Source: Clostridia bacterium
Lineage (GTDB): Bacteria > Bacillota > Clostridia > Christensenellales > UBA1242
Direction of reading: 5' to 3'
DNA length: 64,000 nt
Assembly: GCA_028709705.1 (NCBI GenBank)
Contig: JAQVWL010000005.1
Location: forward strand, 892 to 64,891
Of the stretch, positions 8,827 to 14,076 are shown piece by piece. Below the pieces are notes generated by a model. That model saw nothing but the letters and a program-made list of their open reading frames with translations, was not told the DNA's origin and made no database searches. The translations under genes were made by a program, and so were the position numbers. Positions within the stretch are counted from its first letter, which is position 1, and every line of letters starts with the position of its first letter.

Positions 8827-9828
8827 CTACAACTTTTTTAAGCTAAGATTATTTTCGCTTGTTTTAATTTTTTTATCTTTTTTAATACTTTGTAATTGTT
8901 TTTTTCTTAACTTGTAAATTCTTAAACTTTTGTGTTCTTTTCTAAAAAATTTTCCTATTTTATTCATTAAAGAAATTGTTCTATCAAAAGACAAATTTTT
9001 CATACGCGCCTTATGTTCACGCAAAAAAATTCTATCTGAAACAGATTTTAATTTTTTTATGGAGTTGTTTTTATTTGTAAAAATTTCTTCGCTAATAGTT
9101 TTTCCGTAACGATAACCGCTTTCAAACATTTTTTCAATATTTTCGGTTGTAAAATCATAATGCTTTTTTTCAAAACTGCTTTCAAATGAACAATCCAAGT
9201 CTAGCACCGCAACATTTTCATCATACGAATCAGTTCGATAATCGTAATGTGCATCAAAATGAAGAATTAAAATTAAGTCTAAATCATAATCTTTACAATT
9301 GCGAATGCCTTCTGTTGCGTTGCTATGTTTCAAAAGTGGGTATAATGGAATATTATCGGCCGCACCGCCATCAAAACACAAGTGTTTATATAAAAATTTG
9401 GGGGAACCCGCAAGAATAGGATAACAAACCACCGCGCCAAAAAAGCGTCGCATACTTGAAGTTACTGCTCCGCTAAATCTATAATATACAGGTGAAAAAA
9501 TGGGAAATTTTGTTATATTAACATAAAAAGGAATATAAATTTCATCATTAACTGGGTCAATTAAATTATTAATTGATTTTTTTACAATTTTTTTAATATA
9601 AACATTATATAAAATTTTAAAAAGGCCTTTGCAATTTACTTGTTTATAAATCTCTTTCATCTTTCCAATTTTATTAGTGGCAACCGCATAAGTATTTAAG
9701 GCACCAATTGACGCACCTGAAATTATTTTTATGTCTTTATAATCTATTTTTTCAAAAAGTGCTTTCAAAAAACCTAGTTGATACGCACCTTTACTCATTC
9801 CCCCCGATAGTACTAGCCCAATTTTCAT
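8827..9828 (-). CDS. patatin-like phospholipase (second copy in window)
   Basis: IGLVLSGGMSKGAYQLGFLKAL, GASIGALN (GxSxG) and FDGGAADN (DGG). Confidence 0.8.
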   Translation of the reverse strand: MKIGLVLSGGMSKGAYQLGFLKALFEKIDYKDIKIISGASIGALNTYAVATNKIGKMKEIYKQVNCKGLFKILYNVYIKKIVKKSINNLIDPVNDEIYIPFYVNITKFPIFSPVYYRFSGAVTSSMRRFFGAVVCYPILAGSPKFLYKHLCFDGGAADNIPLYPLLKHSNATEGIRNCKDYDLDLILILHFDAHYDYRTDSYDENVAVLDLDCSFESSFEKKHYDFTTENIEKMFESGYRYGKTISEEIFTNKNNSIKKLKSVSDRIFLREHKARMKNLSFDRTISLMNKIGKFFRKEHKSLRIYKLRKKQLQSIKKDKKIKTSENNLSLKKL

Positions 9829-9960
9829 TTCTTTCTTATATTTTCGCCTTTTTCCGTTTTTAAATTATCGTTTTCAAGGGTTATATCATGATAGAGGAGA
9901 AAAGTTTGGTATGTTTTTTAAATAAAAATTTAATTTTTCCCGCAAAAAAATTTTTGGATT

Positions 9961-10093
9961 GGAATTATATTATTTGCCTTACAAATATAGATATAAAATT
10001 GAACCTTAATTCGCCCAAAGGGCGAATATCATTCACGAAATAAATATTATTGGGATAACAATATCATTGAACCGACAGGTCTAATTTCATTCC
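9961..10093. repeat. intergenic hairpin array, copy A
   Basis: Hairpins TATTTG-CCTTA-CAAATA (9971-9987), ATTCGCCC-AAA-GGGCGAAT (10009-10027) and ATATTATTG-GGA-TAACAATAT (10044-10064). ATATCATT spacers at 10026 and 10061. Shares (A/T)CCTTAATT(C/T)GCC and GAAATAAAT with copy B at 58081. Confidence 0.5.
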
Positions 10094-10123
10094 AAAAAAA
10101 AGCAGAAATTTTTCTGCTTTTTT
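10094..10123. terminator. bidirectional intrinsic terminator
   Basis: A7-AGCAGAAA-TT-TTTCTGCT-T5. Confidence 0.7.
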
Positions 10124-10130
10124 GTTTGCT

Positions 10131-10214
10131 TGCTGGCTCACCCAATGAAAGAGTTGAACGCGTCCTGTGGAAGAATCAAGTCCGGAGGGCCAGAGTGAAA
10201 CGATGGCGTGAACC
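10131..10214 (-). pseudogene. decayed tRNA-Lys-like element (ends GCA, not CCA; arms do not fold)
   Basis: Reverse complement is GGTTCAC...CTTGATTCTTCC...GCGTTCAACTC...GTGAGCCAGCA. The acceptor halves GGTTCAC/GTGAGCC are identical to tRNA-Lys at 10258-10334. CTTGA and GTTCAACTC remnants align to its anticodon stem and T loop. No D or T stems form. Confidence 0.4.
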
Positions 10215-10235
10215 CTTGGGTTCGAATTACGGCTG

Positions 10236-10258
10236 AAAAAAACGCCTTTCGGCGTTTT
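10236..10258 (-). terminator. intrinsic terminator after tRNA-Lys (also works on the plus strand)
   Basis: On the minus strand: AACGCC-GAAA-GGCGTT followed by T7. Confidence 0.75.
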
Positions 10259-10334
10259 GGTGGCTCACCCGGGATTCGAACCCGGGACCCCTTGATTAAA
10301 AGTCAAGTGCTCTAGCCAACTGAGCTAGTGAACC
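10258..10334 (-). tRNA. tRNA-Lys(TTT)
   Basis: GGTTCACTAGCTCAGTTGGCTAGAGCACTTGACTTTTAATCAAGGGGTCCCGGGTTCGAATCCCGGGTGAGCCACCA. Anticodon loop CTTTTAA. Confidence 0.9.
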
Positions 10335-10340
10335 ATAAAA

Positions 10341-10560
10341 ATTTGTTGGCCTTTTGGCTTGTTTTGCTCCGCTTCGCTCCGCAAAAGCATCGCTCTTACG
10401 GCCACAAATTTTTCTTCTAGCGACCATTCGCAAACTCCGCTTTCGCTGGGAGTTTGGTCGCTACTCTTTGTGATTAGCATTTCTTCGAAGTCTTTAAAGC
10501 AGTTTGTTTTTGGTTTTTGCCTTTCGGCAGGTTTCGACATTTTTGTCAAAAACTTCTTGC
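10341..10560 (-). other. GC-rich structured spacer inside the tRNA operon (candidate ncRNA or element remnant)
   Basis: There is no ORF. AATTTGTTGGCC (10341) pairs with GGCCACAAATT (10401). TTTTGC/GCAAAA lies inside that stem. TAGCGACC..AAACTCC-GCTTTCGCT-GGGAGTTT-GGTCGCTA is at about 10419-10463. TGCC-TTTC-GGCA is at about 10518. GC content is far above the local background. Strand assumed from the flanking tRNAs. Confidence 0.35.
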
Positions 10561-10627
10561 AGTCTAACACATAATTAAAATGCTGTCAATAACTAATTTT
10601 AACATTTATATGTGCGTACTTTAAGAA

Positions 10628-10702
10628 TGGCTGGGGTGGCAGGATTTGAACCTACGCATGCAAGAGTCAAAGTCTTGTGCCTTACCGCTTGGCGACACCC
10701 CA
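10628..10702 (-). tRNA. tRNA-Gln(TTG)
   Basis: TGGGGTGTCGCCAAGCGGTAAGGCACAAGACTTTGACTCTTG...GGTTCAAATCCTGCCACCCCAGCCA. Anticodon loop CTTTGAC. Confidence 0.9.
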
Positions 10703-10708
10703 ATATTG

Positions 10709-10783
10709 TGGCTGGGGTACTAGGATTTGAACCTAGGAATGTGGGAGTCAGAGTCCCATGCCTTACCGCTTGGCGATACCCCA
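10709..10783 (-). tRNA. tRNA-Gln(CTG)
   Basis: TGGGGTATCGCCAAGCGGTAAGGCATGGGACTCTGACTCCCA...GGTTCAAATCCTAGTACCCCAGCCA. Anticodon loop CTCTGAC. Confidence 0.9.
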
Positions 10784-10786
10784 TTG

Positions 10787-10864
10787 TGGGGTGAGTAAAG
10801 GGAATTGAACCCTTGGCCTCCAGAGCCACAATCTGGCGCTCTAGCCAACTGAGCTATACCCACC
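10787..10864 (-). tRNA. tRNA-His(GTG) with encoded G-1
   Basis: G-GTGGGTATAGCTCAGTTGGCTAGAGCGCCAGATTGTGGCTCTGG...AAGGGTTCAATTCCCTTTACTCACCCCA. The extra 5' G pairs with C73. Confidence 0.9.
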
Positions 10865-10956
10865 ATATCGGGTTGCTTTTAATAAGGCTTTCCTAAATTA
10901 TTCTAATACCTTTTTTGATTTTTCAAACAATTTTGCTTTTATTTTTTTGAGCAAAG

Positions 10957-11076
10957 AACTTGCCACAGGCAACTTTTCTTGTCCGCCCGTTCGACTCCTT
11001 GCAAATTTGTTTGTCTGCTTTATTCTTACATAACACTTTATGCAATTTCAAGTATTGGTGCGTCTGAAGGGAGTCG
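10957..11076 (-). repeat. 120-bp direct repeat, distal copy: 99 bp of tRNA-Arg downstream flank plus the last 21 nt of tRNA-Arg
   Basis: Matches 11134-11253 with 3 mismatches (period 177 bp). The tRNA-derived part tggtgcgtctgaagggagtcg (11056-11076) breaks inside the T loop. Confidence 0.85.
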
Positions 11077-11133
11077 CTCCGCTCCGAAGTCGTTCGCCAG
11101 AGGTCGTCGCTCGCTATCACGCCGGGGCGGGAA

Positions 11134-11253
11134 AACTTGCTACAGGCAACTTTTCTTGTCCGCCCGTTCGACTCCTTGCAAATTTGTTTGTCTGCTTTAT
11201 TCTTACATAAAACTTTATGCAATTTCAAGCATTGGTGCGTCTGAAGGGAGTCG
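11134..11253 (-). repeat. 120-bp direct repeat, proximal copy (overlaps the 3' end of intact tRNA-Arg)
   Basis: See 10957-11076. The copies are separated by a 57-bp filler of roughly two-thirds GC (11077-11133). Confidence 0.85.
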
Positions 11254-11309
11254 AACCCCTGACCTCTGCCTTAGAAGGGCATTGCTCTATCCAACTGAGC
11301 TACAGACGC
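11233..11309 (-). tRNA. tRNA-Arg(TCT)
   Basis: GCGTCTGTAGCTCAGTTGGATAGAGCAATGCCCTTCTAAGGCAGAGGTCAGGGGTTCGACTCCCTTCAGACGCACCA. Confidence 0.9.
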
Positions 11310-11336
11310 AAGGGTTAGTCGTTTTTTAACAACTAT

Positions 11337-11410
11337 TGGAGCGGGTGAAGGGAATCGGACCCTCGCAGCCAGCTTGGAAGGCTGGAGCTCTACCACTGAG
11401 CTACACCCGC
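11337..11410 (-). tRNA. tRNA-Gly(TCC)
   Basis: GCGGGTGTAGCTCAGTGGTAGAGCTCCAGCCTTCCAAGCTGGCTGCGAGGGTCCGATTCCCTTCACCCGCTCCA. Confidence 0.9.
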
Positions 11411-11478
11411 AAAATTTTGTGTTGTCGTCTTGAAAATTGCAGTCAATTTATTTGTCGTTTCAAAAAGAAACTTCAATT

Positions 11479-11507
11479 AATATATCATAAGCAATTCGCT
11501 TTGTCAA
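11479..11507 (-). promoter_or_regulatory. sigma-A type promoter of the tRNA operon
   Basis: On the minus strand: TTGACA, 17 nt, then TATATT preceded by TGA (extended -10). About 65 nt upstream of tRNA-Gly. Confidence 0.6.
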
Positions 11508-11556
11508 TAAATATATTGCAACATTTTGAAAAAATATTTGAAATTTTTGACCTTAT

Positions 11557-11898
11557 CTATAAAACAATAACAGTAATTCCCATATTGCCTTTGCTTAAAT
11601 CTTCATCATTTGTGCAACTGGGGCAATTGTAAGCCAAAGAAAGCGTTTTTTGGTTTTGTAAAGACCATTCACTTCCGCTTATAATTTCTTTAATAATTTT
11701 TCTTTGTTTTGCTGTCAATAAATATTTTTTCACAGCTAATCTAATTGCACCGCCCTTGCCATGCGAACCATATCCGTGAATAATTTTCATGCCTTTTGTA
11801 AAAGTATGTTTTGCCAAATCAAGTTGGATTTCTAAATTGGCAATAGCCAACTCAACGGTCGGCGAAAACTCTTTTAAATTTATTACAACAAATTCCAC
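11557..11898 (-). CDS. Smr-domain protein
   Basis: IIHGYGSHGKGGAIRLAVKKYL matches the Smr hHGxGxG core. 113 aa, stand-alone. Confidence 0.65.
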   Translation of the reverse strand: MEFVVINLKEFSPTVELAIANLEIQLDLAKHTFTKGMKIIHGYGSHGKGGAIRLAVKKYLLTAKQRKIIKEIISGSEWSLQNQKTLSLAYNCPSCTNDEDLSKGNMGITVIVL

Positions 11899-12001
11899 GA
11901 ATATATTATTTCACAAAAACTGATTTTTGTAAAGTTAAAATAAATAAATAAATTAATAATAATTAATTATTATAAAAAATTAAATTAAAATTAATATTTT
12001 T

Positions 12002-13564
12002 TTAATTTATTTTATTATTTTTTATATATTTTATATAATTTGTAATTCTTTTTTTTATTTCTAAACAATATAAATTGCTTATATTTTTGTCAGTTGTTTC
12101 GACCATTATTCTTATTTTGGGCTCTGTTCCACTTGCCCTGACAATTATTTTGCCCAAAGAACCTAATTTGTTTTGATAAAAAGAAATTAAATTTGAGATT
12201 TGCGAATTATTTAAAATATTTTTATCATTATTGTTTAATAAATTAATATTTTTTGAAATTTGAACATATTTATTTTCTTTCACTGTATTAAAAATATTTT
12301 TGTTTTCCAAATAAACACTTGTCAAAATTCTTGCAGTTAAAATTCCGTCGCTCGAAGGTATATAGTTTTTTAAAATTATATGTCCCGCTTGTTCACCACC
12401 TAAAATATAATTATTTTTTTGCATTTCTTCAATTATATATTTATCACCCACTTGTGTTCTTTTTAAATCTACACCTAATGCTTTAAGTTTGTTTTCTATG
12501 CCTATATTGGTCAGCACGGTTCCCACAACAGTGTTGTTTTTTAATATATTGTTTTTTTTGTAATACCAAGATAAAACATATAAAATTTCATCGCCATCTA
12601 ATTTTTCTCCATTTTTGTTAACCGCTATAACCCTGTCTGCATCACCATCAAACGAAAAACCTAAATCTGCTTTGTTTTTTATTACTTCATTTACCAAAAC
12701 TTCGGGATATAATGCTCCACACTTTTCATTGATATCTCCTTTTGTGTTTATTGCTATTACTTCTGCATATAATTGGTTAAATATTTCCGGTGCAATAACA
12801 CTGCTTGCACCATTTGAACAATCAAGCACAATTTTAATTTTGTCAAAAACGTTGCTGTCAATGTTTTTGATTAGGTCTATATATTCTTTATTAAAACTTT
12901 TGGAATTGATAACTCGACCTTCTCGTGTCTTCTCTCGGATAATATTTTTGTCAAATAATTTTTCTAAATTCAACTCTTGCTTTTCTGAAAGTTTTATTCC
13001 TGTTTTGTCCAAAACTTTTATCCCATTATATTCTTTTGGATTGTGTGAAGCAGAAATAACAACTCCAAAATCGGCCTTTAATTGTTTTGTGTAAAAAGAA
13101 ACGCAAGCGGTTGGAATAATGCCCAAATTTATTATTTCGGCACCATATTTTTTTGCTTCCGAAAAAAATATTTTGGAAATTTCTTTTCCACTATCTCTTG
13201 TATCCATTCCAAAAACTATTTTGGGTGACTTGTCAAAACACAAACTTTTGGCAACATTTTTTATCAATTGCTTTGTTAAGTCTTGTTCAAAAATGCCTCT
13301 TATTCCATCAGTGCCAAAAAATTTTTTTGTTATAGTGTTATCAATTTGAGTTAGGGGAGCAATAATTGAACCCGACTCGATATTACATTTTTTTAAAACA
13401 GATTGATATATGTAAACATTTTCGCCAATAGTGCAATCTTCAATAACACTATCATAGATTTTTGTTGTTTCGGCTATTAAGTTTTTTCCAAAAAATTCGC
13501 AACTTGGAAATTTTGTTTTTAGTTCCAAATTTGAAAAATGTATTAATTCATTTATTTTACTCAT
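12002..13564 (-). CDS. glmM: phosphoglucosamine mutase with an approximately 80-aa N-terminal extension
   Basis: FGTDGIRG, ISASHNPKEYNGIKV, FDGDADR and GGEQAGHI. No in-frame ATG/GTG/TTG lies just upstream of FGTDG, so the extension appears to be translated. Confidence 0.85.
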   Translation of the reverse strand: MSKINELIHFSNLELKTKFPSCEFFGKNLIAETTKIYDSVIEDCTIGENVYIYQSVLKKCNIESGSIIAPLTQIDNTITKKFFGTDGIRGIFEQDLTKQLIKNVAKSLCFDKSPKIVFGMDTRDSGKEISKIFFSEAKKYGAEIINLGIIPTACVSFYTKQLKADFGVVISASHNPKEYNGIKVLDKTGIKLSEKQELNLEKLFDKNIIREKTREGRVINSKSFNKEYIDLIKNIDSNVFDKIKIVLDCSNGASSVIAPEIFNQLYAEVIAINTKGDINEKCGALYPEVLVNEVIKNKADLGFSFDGDADRVIAVNKNGEKLDGDEILYVLSWYYKKNNILKNNTVVGTVLTNIGIENKLKALGVDLKRTQVGDKYIIEEMQKNNYILGGEQAGHIILKNYIPSSDGILTARILTSVYLENKNIFNTVKENKYVQISKNINLLNNNDKNILNNSQISNLISFYQNKLGSLGKIIVRASGTEPKIRIMVETTDKNISNLYCLEIKKRITNYIKYIKNNKIN

Positions 13565-13654
13565 AAAAATATAATATTCTTTTGATAAAATTATAGTGCA
13601 TTATATATTTACAAATTTTTGATTGTATGATATAATTTGGAGAAGGAGTTGGAA

Positions 13655-14038
13655 ATGAATTACAAAAAATTTGGAAATAACAACAAATTGATATGGAAGG
13701 ATAGAAAAAGATGGGCAGGTTTGCCTTTGTCTTTTACCAGATATTTTTTGATTGAAAAAGAAGACCAATGGGTTAAATTCTTTTCTTCGGTTGGTTTGTT
13801 TTCTACCATTGATGAAGAACTTTACTTGTTTCGAGTTTTTGACATAACGGTAACTCAAACATTTTGGAACAAAGTTTTTAATGAAGGAACAATCATTTTG
13901 CATGTAAATGAAGAAAGCAACGGAAAAGTTATCATAAAACGAATTTTAAATCCATATAAAGTAAAAGAAATGATTGCCGATTATGTTGAATTTGAAAAAC
14001 GCAGAAGAGGCTTCAAATTTGCTGAATTTAATACATAA
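13655..14038 (+). CDS. bacterial PH-domain-like protein (tentative)
   Basis: Start moved to the ATG at 13655 (RBS AGAAGGAG, TATAAT at 13631-13636). LYLFRVFDITVTQTFWNKVFNEGTIILHV resembles bPH-type domains. Confidence 0.45.
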   Translation: MNYKKFGNNNKLIWKDRKRWAGLPLSFTRYFLIEKEDQWVKFFSSVGLFSTIDEELYLFRVFDITVTQTFWNKVFNEGTIILHVNEESNGKVIIKRILNPYKVKEMIADYVEFEKRRRGFKFAEFNT

Positions 14039-14042
14039 AATT

Positions 14043-14076
14043 AAACACTAAAAAGTAATTTTTTTTAGTGTTTTTT
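14043..14076. terminator. bidirectional intrinsic terminator
   Basis: AAACACTAAAAA-loop-TTTTTAGTGTTT followed by a T-run, between convergent genes. Confidence 0.65.

Noticed and set aside
10126-10232. Small SRP (4.5S) RNA on the plus strand. TCAAGTCCGGAGGGCCAGAGTGAAAC resembles UCAGGUCCGGAAGGAAGCAGC, and AGTGAAAC is shared with Bacillus scRNA.
   Set aside because: The loop would be GGAG rather than GNRA. The 3' side does not form the conserved symmetric loop, and the ends do not pair into the required long hairpin. The tRNA-Lys-derived interpretation fits better.
10599-10829. ORFs overlapping the tRNA-Gln/His genes, and the many 60-190-aa antisense ORFs inside large genes (for example 14888-16703, 47814-48359 and 60707-61276).
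   Set aside because: They lie within or antisense to well-supported genes or tRNAs. They show low-complexity F/L/I/K-rich translations typical of AT-rich antisense frames, and no RBS.
10923-11329. ORFs 10923..11228 (-) and 10979..11329 (+) with internally repeated peptide sequence.
   Set aside because: The repeated peptide is simply a translation of the 120-bp DNA duplication. The ORFs overlap tRNA-Arg and lack an RBS.
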